Origin: an uncultured virus (IMG/VR IMGVR_UViG_3300042505_000808)
Lineage: Duplodnaviria > Heunggongvirae > Uroviricota > Caudoviricetes
Direction: 5' to 3' (one strand)
DNA length: 64,000 nt
IMG/VR virus record: IMGVR_UViG_3300042505_000808
Under the pieces are notes generated by a model, which saw only the letters and a list, made by a program, of their open reading frames with translations, was not told the origin of the DNA and made no database searches. Shown piece by piece: positions 1-10,855 of this stretch (its first letter is position 1; every line of letters starts with the position of its first letter). The position numbers and the translations under genes were made by a program.

Positions 1-660
1 GTATCCTTGAGCTCCGGCATATCCTTGTGGACCAGCATATCCTTGAGCTCCGGCATATCCTTGTGGTCCCACATATCCTTGTGGTCCCACATATCCTTGT
101 GGACCAGCATATCCTTGAGCTCCGGCATATCCTTGTGGACCAGCATATCCTTGAGCTCCGGCATATCCTTGTGGACCAGCATATCCTTGTGGACCAGCAT
201 ATCCTTGAGCTCCGGCATATCCTTGTGGACCAGCATATCCTTGTGGACCAGCATATCCTTGTGGACCAGCATATCCTTGAGCTCCGGCATATCCTTGTGG
301 ACCAGCATATCCTTGAGCTCCGGCATATCCTTGAGCTCCGGCATATCCTTGTGGACCAGCATATCCTTGTGGACCAGCATATCCTTGTGGACCAGCATAT
401 CCTTGTGGACCAGCATATCCTTGTGAGCCCATGTAACCTTGAGCTCCATCGTAACCTTGTGGACCAGCATATCCTTGTGAGCCCATATAACCTTGCGGAC
501 CCGAATATCCTTGTGGACCAGCATATCCTTGTGAGCCCATATAACCTTGCGGACCAGCATATCCTTGAGCTCCATCGTAACCTTGAGCTCCATCGTAACC
601 TTGAGCTCCATCGTAACCTTGAGCTCCATCGTAACCTTGAGCTCCATCGTAACCTTGAGC
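1..660 (-). repeat. 18-bp coding tandem repeats ([24 protein letters not shown])
   Basis: Units such as catatccttgtggaccag and catatccttgagctccgg are directly visible; they encode Gly-X-Y on the minus strand. Confidence 0.95.
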
Positions 661-3600
661 ACCTCTTTTTCCTTGTGCTCCTTGTGGAGCTTGTGGAATA
701 CCAAAATCAAATTTAAATTCATACCCACACGGCTTATTACTTTGATCTGGTCCGGGGGTTAAAGACACAGAAGCAGTTGGAGCTTGATCAAATTTCAGTG
801 TTTGTATTTTTATTCCAGAGCCGGGAGATAACCAAAAATAAGGCTCACAAGCAGAAGCTCCTTGTGGTCCTTGTGGTCCTTGTGGTCCTTGTGGAATACC
901 AAATTTGAATCTAAATTCATTTCCACAGGGTTTGTTGCTTTGATCTTGGCCCGGTATTAAAGCCACAGTTGCAGTTGGCTCTTGATTAGACTTCAACGAT
1001 TGCACTGTTATTCCAGAGCCGGGAGACAACCAAAAATAAGGCTCGCAAGCAGAAGCTCCTTGCGCTCCTTGCGCTCCTTGCGCTCCTTGTGCTCCTTGCG
1101 GTCCTTGCGGGCCTTGGCAACCTGATTGAATTCCAAATGAAAATTCAAATTTATTGTCAACTGCTCCAGATCCACTTACTCCTGCTGCGGGTCCAAGATT
1201 AGTCCAATAAGTTGGGGCAATACCATTAAAAACTAAAACATCACCAATAGCAGGAGCACTGCCATCTGCACGGTTAGGGGTTAAGTCATAGGCAAGACCT
1301 TGGTCTAAGTTTGTCATTATATAGGCATCGCCTATATCGGAAGTAGGACTTACCTGCGTATATACATATTCCCAAGAATCAGAACCATAAATCGTTGGAC
1401 CACCCCCTTGACTTCCTGTACCTGTTTTGCTGGTCATTGAAACGCTAACAGTTGAAGGTGAGTGACAACCTACTTGCGTTACTTTTGTAGCACCTACATA
1501 AAAGTAAGGTTGAGTACTGTTAGCTCCTGCTGCACCTGCTACACCCGTATTACCTGTGTTACCTTTAGGCCCTTGATATCCTCTTGGTCCTTGATATCCT
1601 TGTGGTCCTCTGCGTCCTTGTGGTCCTTGTGGTCCTTGTGGTCCTCTGCGTCCTTGTGGTCCTTGTGGTCCTCTGCGTCCTTGTGGTCCTTGTGGTCCTT
1701 GTGGTCCTCTGCGTCCTTGTGGTCCTTGTGGCCCTGGTGCTCCTGCAGCTATGTTAAAATCAAAGTTTACATCAAACCAACATGGCACTTCATTTGTTTC
1801 AATCTTTGCCGTAACTCCAGGGTTACCATTATCGTAAAATCCTGTACCAACAGCTTCTCCATCAACATAGTTATATTCTTGTACTGTTGTTGAAAATGTA
1901 ACATTGTTAACGACAAGGACCGGAGAACAACCGGCTGGACCTTGTGGACCGGGTAAACCTGTAGGTATATTAAAATCAAATCTTAAATCATACCAACAAG
2001 GATTTTCATTTTCCGATATTTCTACAGTAACTCCAGGGTTACCATTATCATAAGCTTCTGGAACCGGTACAACTTCACCATCGACATAGTTAATTTCTTG
2101 TGTTGTTGTTGAAAATGCAACATTACTAATTTGAATAACCGGAGAACAACCGGCTGGACCTTGTGGCCCTGGGGGCCCTTCGGGTATAGAAAAGTCTAAA
2201 TTTAAGCTGTAAGCACAGGGTGATTCATCGTATGGCTTATTTAGTATTGCTGTAACTCCCGGTGCTCCCGGAAACCATGCATCGGGGACGGCTACAGCTT
2301 CTCCGTCAACATAGTTGTACTCTCCATGTACTGTTTCAAATGTTGTAAAAACTTCTCTAATTTCTGGGTCACAACCATCACTACCGGCACCACCTTGCGG
2401 ACCTTGTGGACCGGGTGCTCCTGCAGGAATAGAAAAATCTAAATTTAAATTGTAGGCACAAGGCGATTCGTCGTTTGTTATTGTTGCTGTAACTCCCGGT
2501 GCTCCCGGAAACCAAGCATCCGGAACCGGTATAGCTTCGCCATCTACATAATTATATTCTTGTTCTACCACTTCAAATGTTGTAAAAACTTCTTTAATTT
2601 CTGGGTCGCAACCAGCACCACCTTGTGGCCCTTGTGGACCGGGTGCTCCTCCGGGAATAGAAAAATCTAAATTTAAGTTATAGGTGCAAGCTACATCGTC
2701 TTCAATAATGTCAGCCGTAACTCCTGGAGGACCCGGAAACCAAGCATTCGGAACCGGTATGGCTTCTCCATCTACATAATTATATTCTTGTTCTACTGCT
2801 TCAAATGTAACATTGCCGATCTGGAGCACCGGATCACAACCATCACTACCGGCACCACCTTGCGGACCTTGTGGACCGGGTGCACCTCCGGGAATAGAAA
2901 AATCTAAATTTAAGTTATAGGTGCAAGCTACATCGTCTTCAATAATATCTGCTGTAACTCCGGGTGCTCCCGGAAACCAAGCATCCGGAACCGGTATGGC
3001 CTCTCCATCTACATAATTATATTCTTGCTCTACTACTTCAAATGTAACATTGCCGATCTGGAGCACCGGATCACAACCATCTGTACCATTTTGTCCTGGG
3101 GGCCCTTGTGGACCGGGGGCACCTCCGGGGATAGAAAAATCTAAATTTAAGTTATAGGTACAAGCTACATCGTCTTCAATAATGTCAGCCGTAACTCCTG
3201 GAGGACCCGGAAACCAAGCATCCGGAACCGGTATAGCTTCGCCATCTACATAATTATATTCTTGTTCTACTGCTTCAAATGTAACATTACCAATTTGAAG
3301 CACTGGATCACAACCGTCTGTACCATTATGACCCTGTGGTCCAGTTGGTCCAGTTGGTCCAGTTGGTCCAGTTGGTCCAGTTGGTCCAGTTGGTCCTTGT
3401 GGGCCTTTTGGACCTTGCGGTCCCTGTGGTCCCTGTGGTCCCTGTGGTCCCTGTGGTCCCTGTGGTCCCTGTGGTCCCTGTGGTCCCTGTGGTCCCTGTG
3501 GTCCCTGTGGTCCCTGTGGTCCTTGTGGTCCTTGTGGTCCTTGTGGACCTTGTGGGCCTTGCGGGCCTTGCGGGCCTTGTGGGCCCTGTGGTCCTTGCGG

Positions 3601-4575
3601 TCCTTGTGGGCCCTGTGGACCTTGTGGACCTTGTGGGCCTTGTGGACCTTGTGGACCTTGTGGTCCAGTTGGTCCAGTTGGTCCAGTTGGTCCAGTTGGT
3701 CCTTGTGGGCCTTGTGGTCCTTGTGGGCCTTGTGGACCTTGTGGTCCCTGTGGTCCCTGTGGACCTTGTGGACCTTGTGGGCCCTGTGGACCTTGTGGAC
3801 CTTGTGGACCTTGTGGGCCCTGTGGACCTTGTGGACCTTGTGGGCCCTGTGGACCTTGTGGGCCCTGTGGACCTTGTGGGCCCTGTGGTCCTTGCGGTCC
3901 TTGTGGGCCCTGTGGACCTTGTGGGCCTTGTGGGCCTTGTGGGCCTTGTGGTCCCTGTGGGCCTTGTGGTCCTTGTGGTCCCTGTGGTCCTTGCGGTCCT
4001 TGCGGTCCTTGTGGACCTTGCGGGCCTTGCGGTCCTTGTGGTCCTTGCGGTCCTTGTGGTCCTTGTGGTCCTTGTGGGCCTTGTGGTCCCTGTGGGCCTT
4101 GTGGTCCCTGTGGTCCTTGCGGTCCTTGCGGTCCTTGTGGTCCTTGTGGACCTTGTGGTCCTTGTGGTCCTTGTGGACCTTGTGGACCTTGTGGACCCTG
4201 TGGTCCTTGCGGTCCTTGTGGTCCTTGTGGTCCCTGTGGGCCTTGCGGATAATCTACCCACACATCGATATCAAAATCGCAACACTCTCCCTTTGTAATT
4301 CTAAAAACTGCTTTTTCTTGGCCTGGAGGTACAATACGAGTAATAGCTAAACCTTGTGCTCCACCTTGAAATGTAAGCTGTGGACACAATGGTTCTGGTT
4401 CTAAGATTGGAATTACAGTTACAGGGCAATCTGCTATATCAGCAGGGGCTTGCGGAACTTGAGGATTAACTAACCAATCACCATCAGGCACGGGAAGGAT
4501 ACTAGGAACAGCGCATTTGACAATGTCAAATACGGGTTCTTGAGGCCCCCTTGCTGAGTATGATTGATTTTCCAT
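1..4575 (-). CDS. Collagen-like segmented tail fibre/adhesin, >=1525 aa, runs off the left edge (absent from ORF track)
   Basis: ATG at 4575 preceded by AGAGGA. Translates [14 protein letters not shown]...; the same frame gives (GPQ)n, GCDP modules and GYAGAQ repeats down to base 1. Frame checked at several points; no stop seen. Confidence 0.85.
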   Translation of the reverse strand, partial: MENQSYSARGPQEPVFDIVKCAVPSILPVPDGDWLVNPQVPQAPADIADCPVTVIPILEPEPLCPQLTFQGGAQGLAITRIVPPGQEKAVFRITKGECCDFDIDVWVDYPQGPQGPQGPQGPQGPQGPQGPQGPQGPQGPQGPQGPQGPQGPQGPQGPQGPQGPQGPQGPQGPQGPQGPQGPQGPQGPQGPQGPQGPQGPQGPQGPQGPQGPQGPQGPQGPQGPQGPQGPQGPQGPQGPQGPQGPQGPQGPQGPQGPQGPQGPQGPQGPQGPQGPQGPQGPQGPQGPQGPQGPTGPTGPTGPTGPQGPQGPQGPQGPQGPQGPQGPQGPQGPQGPQGPQGPQGPQGPQGPQGPQGPQGPQGPQGPQGPQGPQGPQGPQGPQGPQGPQGPKGPQGPTGPTGPTGPTGPTGPTGPQGHNGTDGCDPVLQIGNVTFEAVEQEYNYVDGEAIPVPDAWFPGPPGVTADIIEDDVACTYNLNLDFSIPGGAPGPQGPPGQNGTDGCDPVLQIGNVTFEVVEQEYNYVDGEAIPVPDAWFPGAPGVTADIIEDDVACTYNLNLDFSIPGGAPGPQGPQGGAGSDGCDPVLQIGNVTFEAVEQEYNYVDGEAIPVPNAWFPGPPGVTADIIEDDVACTYNLNLDFSIPGGAPGPQGPQGGAGCDPEIKEVFTTFEVVEQEYNYVDGEAIPVPDAWFPGAPGVTATITNDESPCAYNLNLDFSIPAGAPGPQGPQGGAGSDGCDPEIREVFTTFETVHGEYNYVDGEAVAVPDAWFPGAPGVTAILNKPYDESPCAYSLNLDFSIPEGPPGPQGPAGCSPVIQISNVAFSTTTQEINYVDGEVVPVPEAYDNGNPGVTVEISENENPCWYDLRFDFNIPTGLPGPQGPAGCSPVLVVNNVTFSTTVQEYNYVDGEAVGTGFYDNGNPGVTAKIETNEVPCWFDVNFDFNIAAGAPGPQGPQGRRGPQGPQGPQGRRGPQGPQGRRGPQGPQGPQGRRGPQGYQGPRGYQGPKGNTGNTGVAGAAGANSTQPYFYVGATKVTQVGCHSPSTVSVSMTSKTGTGSQGGGPTIYGSDSWEYVYTQVSPTSDIGDAYIMTNLDQGLAYDLTPNRADGSAPAIGDVLVFNGIAPTYWTNLGPAAGVSGSGAVDNKFEFSFGIQSGCQGPQGPQGAQGAQGAQGAQGASACEPYFWLSPGSGITVQSLKSNQEPTATVALIPGQDQSNKPCGNEFRFKFGIPQGPQGPQGPQGASACEPYFWLSPGSGIKIQTLKFDQAPTASVSLTPGPDQSNKPCGYEFKFDFGIPQAPQGAQGKRGAQGYDGAQGYDGAQGYDGAQGYDGAQGYDGAQGYAGPQGYMGSQGYAGPQGYSGPQGYMGSQGYAGPQGYDGAQGYMGSQGYAGPQGYAGPQGYAGPQGYAGPQGYAGAQGYAGAQGYAGPQGYAGAQGYAGPQGYAGPQGYAGPQGYAGAQGYAGPQGYAGPQGYAGAQGYAGPQGYAGAQGYAGPQGYVGPQGYVGPQGYAGAQGYAGPQGYAGAQGY
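696..1059 (-). repeat. Two copies of a ~198-bp module ([17 protein letters not shown]...PC..EF.F.FGIPQ)
   Basis: Copies begin at 1059 and 861 on the minus strand, separated by GPQ triplets. Confidence 0.85.
1575..1740 (-). repeat. Collagen segment with periodic GRR triplets
   Basis: tcctctgcgtcc (GGA CGC AGA GGA) interspersed among GPQ triplets. Confidence 0.9.
1750..3315 (-). repeat. Seven tandem ~219-237-bp modules (GCDP/GCSP...C..Y.L.LDFSIP) joined by short collagen linkers
   Basis: Module starts at 3315, 3078, 2841, 2613, 2376, 2151 and 1932, all in the same frame. Confidence 0.9.
3331..4242 (-). repeat. About 101 consecutive Gly-Pro-Gln/Thr triplets (9-bp repeat)
   Basis: 912 bp of ggtccttgt/ggaccttgt/ggtccagtt-type units. 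Confidence 0.95.
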
Positions 4576-4589
4576 TGTTACTATTCCTC

Positions 4590-5606
4590 TTAAATTGTCT
4601 CAGACACAGTGGCATAAGAACATGTTTGTAAATCTTTTAAATTAACATTTACGATTACAGTACTTTTTGCGTCGTTGGGAAATATAGACACACCTACACC
4701 GGCTAGCAGTGTCACGCTAGGCCCCTGCAACCCATTGATTGAGCGGAGTGTTTCATTACAGTAATAGTCCCCAGCTAATAAATTATTGCTTGTACCGATT
4801 GGTGGAGTTTCTTGCGGAAATAATTTGAATTCTGTGCAGGGTGCACCTAAGCCGGCATTTACTTTTGCTGCAAATTGAATGGTGTTGGTAGTTGAATTCT
4901 GTTTTATTTCCATGTTATAGCCGGACTGTAACCGCAAATCTCCTTGAAGGCACTCCCGCAGTACATAGCTTTGCCCAATTGGAAAAGCCCAAGAATTAGG
5001 AGCACAGTTAGAAGGGCGGGCTGCCCTTGTTCTGTCTGCATTTGAAATGTTTAAAGACACAACCTGACTTTGGTTTAAATTTTGAATTAATGCGGGTTCA
5101 ACTATAGCTTCAGCATCTCCGCTTCGCACAATCGTCTCTCCAATAAATAAACGAGATGTAACTGCCTCGAGTGGGCCTGTCACAAGATAACCAGACCAGT
5201 AAGGTTCTCCACATGTAACTATGGGAACTGAAATAGACAAGGAAAGAGATTGGCTAATTGGTTCATAAAACGGAACATCACTTTCTACGAATTCTGTTTG
5301 ATAGATTGGATCAGTAATATCTCGTCTAAACAGTAAAAAACTATTTACTAAATTAGGAGCATCTGAATGAAATTCGTACTCAATTATAGAGCTGCTGATT
5401 CTTGAAATTTTATAAAGGAAAACAGAATGAACTCCATCAATGAATCCAGATTCAGGTCCTAAGATAAAACCGCAGTCAGCAATAAAATTATCAGGTAATT
5501 GAAGCATTGTCACAGCACCACTAGTAGGAGTGTCTACGCCCACAGTTGCCCGCTGAAAGGGGAAACTACGATTGATGTTTTCATTAAAAAAGTTAGGTGT
5601 TGCCAT
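4590..5606 (-). CDS. Tail/baseplate-associated protein, paralog family member
   Basis: 338 aa; N-terminal [10 protein letters not shown]...LPDNFIAD and C-terminal C..LRSING motifs shared with neighbours. Confidence 0.6.
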   Translation of the reverse strand: MATPNFFNENINRSFPFQRATVGVDTPTSGAVTMLQLPDNFIADCGFILGPESGFIDGVHSVFLYKISRISSSIIEYEFHSDAPNLVNSFLLFRRDITDPIYQTEFVESDVPFYEPISQSLSLSISVPIVTCGEPYWSGYLVTGPLEAVTSRLFIGETIVRSGDAEAIVEPALIQNLNQSQVVSLNISNADRTRAARPSNCAPNSWAFPIGQSYVLRECLQGDLRLQSGYNMEIKQNSTTNTIQFAAKVNAGLGAPCTEFKLFPQETPPIGTSNNLLAGDYYCNETLRSINGLQGPSVTLLAGVGVSIFPNDAKSTVIVNVNLKDLQTCSYATVSETI

Positions 5607-5615
5607 ATTGTAACC

Positions 5616-6413
5616 TTAGGGTGCGGAGCCTTCTACATTTATTACGATGCCTTCAGAAGTTGTACGAATTCGCAAAGCGGCATCGGGAGCTAGCGAATCA
5701 TTCATTTGAATATTAAAATTACCTTGGGCATCGGGTAAACTGTCGTACACATTTGTGCCATTTACTATTCGAAGTACTCGAATAGGGTTAACTGGGGTAA
5801 ATAAATTATCAGAGGTACACAGCCGCTGCAAATAAAGCGGATCTCCCACTGCGTTTATTTGTAATGTAGTTACTGGATTGTTTTGTGAGTCTGTTGCAAC
5901 CAAAGTAGATAAGACAACACCATCATCACCAACAAACCAGACTTTACCACTTAATACTTCTCCAGTATCCAGTAGGAATCCAGTAACCCCAGGAGTCGGA
6001 ATAGGCATTTGACAAGTAGCACAAAATTCTGTTTGATCTCTTTCAAATTCATGAATACCAATTCCCCATCCTGATAACAAGGATAGGCGGGTGGGGCTAG
6101 AAACCAGTATGCCGGCAGGTCGCCCATAATTATCTTGTAGTGGCACATTTGCAGTAGTTATAGGAAAGCTAACTTCACCATATATACTTTTAGGTGTAGT
6201 CTCATCCCCGATATAAATTGTAAATTTTCCCGACTCCACCACTACTTCTGAGATGTAGTAACGAAAAAAACTTGTTGTATTGTATACATGAGCGTCTAAA
6301 AAAGTACCTTCCAACAATGAAACTTTACCATTGTTTAAAGTAGCTGTAGCTATAAATGGGTATTTAGTATTTTCTAGTGATGCTAAAAACTCTGGAAAAC
6401 GAATAGCTGTCAT
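5616..6413 (-). CDS. Tail/baseplate-associated protein, paralog family member
   Basis: 265 aa; ENTKYPF...FLD; IVNG...PDAQGNF. Confidence 0.6.
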   Translation of the reverse strand: MTAIRFPEFLASLENTKYPFIATATLNNGKVSLLEGTFLDAHVYNTTSFFRYYISEVVVESGKFTIYIGDETTPKSIYGEVSFPITTANVPLQDNYGRPAGILVSSPTRLSLLSGWGIGIHEFERDQTEFCATCQMPIPTPGVTGFLLDTGEVLSGKVWFVGDDGVVLSTLVATDSQNNPVTTLQINAVGDPLYLQRLCTSDNLFTPVNPIRVLRIVNGTNVYDSLPDAQGNFNIQMNDSLAPDAALRIRTTSEGIVINVEGSAP

Positions 6414-8197
6414 ATTGCAACTTCCTCCACTCGCCAGAAGGAAAAGTAACTGCGAGAGCGTCTAGCATAGACACCAGCATTACCTGCATCTGTTTGCCAC
6501 AAATTAGCGGAGATTGAAGTAGAAAGTACTGTTGAAATAGTTGGGTCTGTGACACCAGTCAAAATAGCGGATAACTGCACACTAGTCTGCGTAATATTAT
6601 TAGGAATAATAGCAAAACTAATACGATACCAGTCATTCACTTTCACTTTTGGAACTCCAGCTGTAACAAGGGGAGCAAGTACTAAACCATTAAAAAAATA
6701 AATGCCGAAAGTACTATTGTCAATGTCGAGAATTGCCACTAAATAATTAACTACACTAGGTAATACTTGTCGATAATTTATAACAATTCCTGCATTTTTT
6801 TTGCTACCTAACTGCCCGCTAGTTATTTTAACATCTGTAGTATATTTGCGGTACAGTGATTGAACATCCATTGTCCATATAGAAATGTTTGTTCGTGCTT
6901 GTGCATTTGGGTTTATTGTGGCATAGCTGCTTGCAATTTCTATTTGTCTTATTATTGGGACAGTGGCTACAGAATAAGACACGGAATGAGACATAGAATT
7001 AGACAGAGAATTAGACAGAGAATTAGACAGAGAATAAGATACATCGTAGTCGATAGAAGAGGAGACCGAGATTGACATGTCACAACCATAGCCAGTTAAA
7101 GCCCCTACACAACAATCGTTTTCACCAGGACTGTCTTCAGAAATAAAATCAAATAGTGAATCCCCCATGGGGTAAAAACCAACTGCTATCATCTCATCAA
7201 AAGTGTCGCAATAAGGTAAAGTTAATACCGTGCGTATCACTTCGCTAATGCTAACATCAGGCACAACTGGAGGAGTAGGAGGTCTTGTGGGAATAATAAT
7301 AACTCGTGGGGATTCGCTTGGAAGCTTGCCGGTACTTAAGGTAGGTAGATAAGCGGGGGTGCAGCTGGCGGATAAACCTAAAGAACAATCGACAATAACT
7401 CCCCCATCTTTTGTATTTCTACCAACAACCGCACACCCTTGAAAATCTAAGGTAAGTACTCCAGAGCAGTCTGGTGCCACCCCGTTAATAAATTGAATGG
7501 GCTGTGGATCACTGCAAGTCTTAGCCCCAGATCGTTTACCGCAAAGCCCAGAAAAAGTAGAAAAAACTGAGTCAGTTGTTGTGGTTACTCCTGCAGTTTG
7601 TGCTTCTTCTTTTAAACGAAAAACAACAACATTAGAATATTCAACCCCATTAATAACACGAGTTTCTTTAACTAGCTGTAGAGGAGATACTGCAGTCAAT
7701 TTTACTAGACCAGATAAAGCAACAGCATTATCTTCCACTTTGATTGTGGGCACAGGAGGGAGTCGGCTAGACCTAGCTGCTCTAGGGGTAAGTAAAGACT
7801 GAGATGGGGAACTAAAACGGCCAGAATAGTTTTGATCTAAATCGGCTCCAAATACAATGAATCCGCCAACTCCAGATTTAAAAGCAGTTAAGGCATAGGT
7901 TCTACCATTGATTATCTCTTCTTTGGGAAGAGTTATGCCAGCAATAAGCACTGAAGTACTTGGACTATTATCTAATGTGTTTGTAACTTCAATAAGTACA
8001 GTAATTAGGTTAGGAGTAATAGCTGCCGCACTAATAAAAGCATAGCGACCATATTCGGTAGGCCAACAAAGTCGCATGTCCGAGAGTAAAGAGTTAGGTA
8101 ATAAATCGCCATTGTCTGATCGTGCCGACGCTGTATCATCCAGCGGATAATAACGCTGTTCGTTAAGGTTGTACCAATGATTATTACGAATCGGCAT
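6410..8197 (-). CDS. Tail-associated protein, paralog family member with Ser-X repeat and beta-rich C-terminal domain
   Basis: 595 aa; NLNEQRYYPL...LPNSLLSD; FINGVAPDCSG; SYSLSNSLSNSLSNSMSHSVSYSV. Confidence 0.6.
   Translation of the reverse strand: MPIRNNHWYNLNEQRYYPLDDTASARSDNGDLLPNSLLSDMRLCWPTEYGRYAFISAAAITPNLITVLIEVTNTLDNSPSTSVLIAGITLPKEEIINGRTYALTAFKSGVGGFIVFGADLDQNYSGRFSSPSQSLLTPRAARSSRLPPVPTIKVEDNAVALSGLVKLTAVSPLQLVKETRVINGVEYSNVVVFRLKEEAQTAGVTTTTDSVFSTFSGLCGKRSGAKTCSDPQPIQFINGVAPDCSGVLTLDFQGCAVVGRNTKDGGVIVDCSLGLSASCTPAYLPTLSTGKLPSESPRVIIIPTRPPTPPVVPDVSISEVIRTVLTLPYCDTFDEMIAVGFYPMGDSLFDFISEDSPGENDCCVGALTGYGCDMSISVSSSIDYDVSYSLSNSLSNSLSNSMSHSVSYSVATVPIIRQIEIASSYATINPNAQARTNISIWTMDVQSLYRKYTTDVKITSGQLGSKKNAGIVINYRQVLPSVVNYLVAILDIDNSTFGIYFFNGLVLAPLVTAGVPKVKVNDWYRISFAIIPNNITQTSVQLSAILTGVTDPTISTVLSTSISANLWQTDAGNAGVYARRSRSYFSFWRVEEVAI
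6995..7035 (-). repeat. 12-bp tandem repeat x3.4 encoding (SLSN)n
   Basis: agaattagacag repeated from 6995. Confidence 0.9.
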
Positions 8198-8209
8198 ACT
8201 AATATTCCA

Positions 8210-9886
8210 TTAAATAATCACATCAGCTTCAACACAATTGCACCGGCGACAGAATGGGTTTGATTTATCACTAACTGTCAACGGAGTTATTTTTTCGTCT
8301 TTAATGTTTGTAGGTAAAGTCATTGCAGAAGCTTCCCAAATACTTCGTACTTCTGCTGGAATTGTGGTATATTGCACGGCTGGAAACACACAAACTTCTC
8401 CAGTTGCAGGATTTTTAGCTACAGATTCCCAAGATATGCACACATGTAATCTAAACTTTAACGCACCCTCAGGGTAGCTATTACAATCTGGGATACAATG
8501 CCGACCATATAAAGTTGTGACAGTTTGCGGATTGCTGTAGTCCCAATTAAACTTAGACACATTTCCGCGCACATTTGTTTGATCTGATACGATAGGGATT
8601 GGGCCATCACATTCAGCATCTCCCTCCAGCATAACAGGTAAACAATCAAACTGAGGTCGTATGGGGTTATGAGGTACACCATTAAGATACTGAAGCCAAG
8701 TCAAATATACTGTGACATTATTAATACAGCATTTACTAGCGTTGCAGAATGCAATTCCCCACCTAATTTTACAATTACCATCTAGTGATATTCGAACTCT
8801 CAGCATGTTCGCTTCTCTTATTTGTTTTTGCGCTATCCATCGATCTTTATTTTTTGCGTAGACATCTCGCACTTCTTCTGCGTTTATTGCTGTACTTTTA
8901 AATAGATACCACTGTCGCTTTAATCCTTGGTAAGTCTGTGCAAAGTAGAGGCAGTCACAACAATTGGTGCAATCATTACTAACAAGGATAGCAGAGCTGG
9001 CTTCTGCTTGTGTAAGTAGGCCCGCTGCGCTGTAGTTAAAAATACGAGGGGAGGTAGAAGTTAGAGATACAGGTCGTTGTGTTCTTATGCAACCTTCGCT
9101 GTCATATATAAAATTTTGATGCACATTACTACGAACCAAATTGATTGTACGAATGACTTTTTCTTCGTCTACGCATCCTGGAAATACACCTAATCCAGCG
9201 GTAGGTGAAGACTCTATTAAAATCTTTTTTGTAAGTCGGGTTCCTTCTATCAGCGATTTTGTTGCAGATATTCCAGCTAAGTCAACATTAGCTGCAGCTA
9301 AGTCTACAACTTGAGAAATCTTTACATTATAACCTTCTGCAAAAGTTACACTACTTTTCTTAATTTGGGTTAATCCAACACGAAGCGATAACAATCTTTT
9401 AGGAAGTTTATACCATGTATCTGCTTGTAACTCACCCCGAGTAGGAACAATGTGATTGTCATAGCTACGAGACTGCCCATCAATAATGTCTGACTCTGTC
9501 CATTCTGTGTGTAGACTACATCGACATACATTATGTTCATTAGTCCATTCAAGAATTAATAATCGGTTATCCCATACCTCTGTAGTGAATCGAATTGCGG
9601 TAGTAGAATTAAACACTATGGCATTGTTTGCGTCTAGCACCACAAGATCATGGGTATGCGTAGGCGAAGGCCAGCCCGCTGGAGGCGAAACGTTAACATT
9701 TCCAAACCCATACATCCAAGCAATACGCAGTGGATAAACAACCTCGTCAGCAAGGTCATCAAACGAAACAAAGAAATCGGCTAATAAATATATAACATCA
9801 TCGGAAGGAGATACAAACGGATAAGCAGAACCCCCACTAGGGGGCTGATTTAAACCAACCGGTTGTCTTCCTCGTGTGTTACTCAT
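8210..9886 (-). CDS. Cys-rich tail-associated protein, paralog family member
   Basis: 558 aa; SAYPF...LLAD; IRTINLV; CTNCCDC; C-terminal CRRCNC. Confidence 0.6.
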   Translation of the reverse strand: MSNTRGRQPVGLNQPPSGGSAYPFVSPSDDVIYLLADFFVSFDDLADEVVYPLRIAWMYGFGNVNVSPPAGWPSPTHTHDLVVLDANNAIVFNSTTAIRFTTEVWDNRLLILEWTNEHNVCRCSLHTEWTESDIIDGQSRSYDNHIVPTRGELQADTWYKLPKRLLSLRVGLTQIKKSSVTFAEGYNVKISQVVDLAAANVDLAGISATKSLIEGTRLTKKILIESSPTAGLGVFPGCVDEEKVIRTINLVRSNVHQNFIYDSEGCIRTQRPVSLTSTSPRIFNYSAAGLLTQAEASSAILVSNDCTNCCDCLYFAQTYQGLKRQWYLFKSTAINAEEVRDVYAKNKDRWIAQKQIREANMLRVRISLDGNCKIRWGIAFCNASKCCINNVTVYLTWLQYLNGVPHNPIRPQFDCLPVMLEGDAECDGPIPIVSDQTNVRGNVSKFNWDYSNPQTVTTLYGRHCIPDCNSYPEGALKFRLHVCISWESVAKNPATGEVCVFPAVQYTTIPAEVRSIWEASAMTLPTNIKDEKITPLTVSDKSNPFCRRCNCVEADVII

Positions 9887-9889
9887 AAT

Positions 9890-10843
9890 TTATTCGCAAG
9901 TTAAACAGCGGCGATCTCCAAGACGCGCCCCAAGCACAGTTGTGTCGAAGGTTGCAGTTTCTGCCGCTAACTGGTTAACAAAAAGCTCTAAAGCGTTTCG
10001 CTGCGTTGCAAAGCGTTCTAAATCCCTAGTAATTGCCTCTAACTCTTCACAACCACAGCAAGGAGCACAGCAAGAATCTGCGACTTTAAGTCCATTTGTC
10101 ACCGGAGCAAAACTGATACAGTCATCCCCCACAAAGTTAAAGTTACCCGCTGTGGTTGGACCTATTCCGTTAATAGTTTTAATGCAAGGAATGGCGACAG
10201 CTTCACCTGCGCACACGCATTTTTCAATAGTGCCTTCCCCGTCTAAAGCACTTATAATGATTTTAGTTTCTGACCCATTTATTGCGGTAGAAATTTGAAT
10301 GTTAGTTCCGGCAACTAACTCAATATCTCCATATAGATTCTGGCTAGTGTCACCTGTACCTGAGGATATCCGCATTGCAGATATTCCTTTAATCATAGGG
10401 CGAATGGCTTGGGGCTCAATGTGTGTACCTTCAATAGTGAAGGAGAATAGACCGCTAGGCTGTTCTTGTATAGTATCTACGCGCCCAATAATTACTTTAC
10501 CGCTTATGTCGGTATAAGCACCTATACCATTGATCGCAAAAACTTTATTTCGAATAGGATTAGTTGTAGAGATTAACCCAGTGGCCACATCTATAAGGCT
10601 GTCCCCTGTGTCATACGAAATAATTAGTTGTATACCCGAAGAAAATAAACCAAGCTGGCGTATAAAGAATCTTCCAGTTTCCATGTCCATAGCAGGGGAC
10701 ACAGGTAAATCTAATCCTACAAGAAAATCGTCTGGGATTTCAAACGAAGCTGTAACATCTTGTTTAGTTGCTTCCGCCGTCAGCGGGTAACTACGCTGCG
10801 AATTATGATTTAGAAAATCTAAATTCCACTGTGATAATGGCAT
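9890..10843 (-). CDS. Cys-rich tail-associated protein, paralog family member
   Basis: 317 aa; NHNSQRSYPL...IPDDFLV; CIKTINGIGPTTAGNF; CCAPCCGC followed by a helical heptad-like end. Confidence 0.6.
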   Translation of the reverse strand: MPLSQWNLDFLNHNSQRSYPLTAEATKQDVTASFEIPDDFLVGLDLPVSPAMDMETGRFFIRQLGLFSSGIQLIISYDTGDSLIDVATGLISTTNPIRNKVFAINGIGAYTDISGKVIIGRVDTIQEQPSGLFSFTIEGTHIEPQAIRPMIKGISAMRISSGTGDTSQNLYGDIELVAGTNIQISTAINGSETKIIISALDGEGTIEKCVCAGEAVAIPCIKTINGIGPTTAGNFNFVGDDCISFAPVTNGLKVADSCCAPCCGCEELEAITRDLERFATQRNALELFVNQLAAETATFDTTVLGARLGDRRCLTCE

Positions 10844-10855
10844 CCTTGCCCTCCA

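Noticed and set aside
1..660. Short direct repeats resembling a CRISPR array
   Set aside because: Contiguous 18-bp coding units with no unique spacers and no cas genes
7..4350. Plus-strand and alternative-frame ORFs with SLW/VLV/RTT repeats (e.g. 27..716, 3262..4350, 3326..4261, 3336..4298)
   Set aside because: Shadow frames of the collagen repeats; the Gly-X-Y frame with SD and ATG at 4575 explains the region
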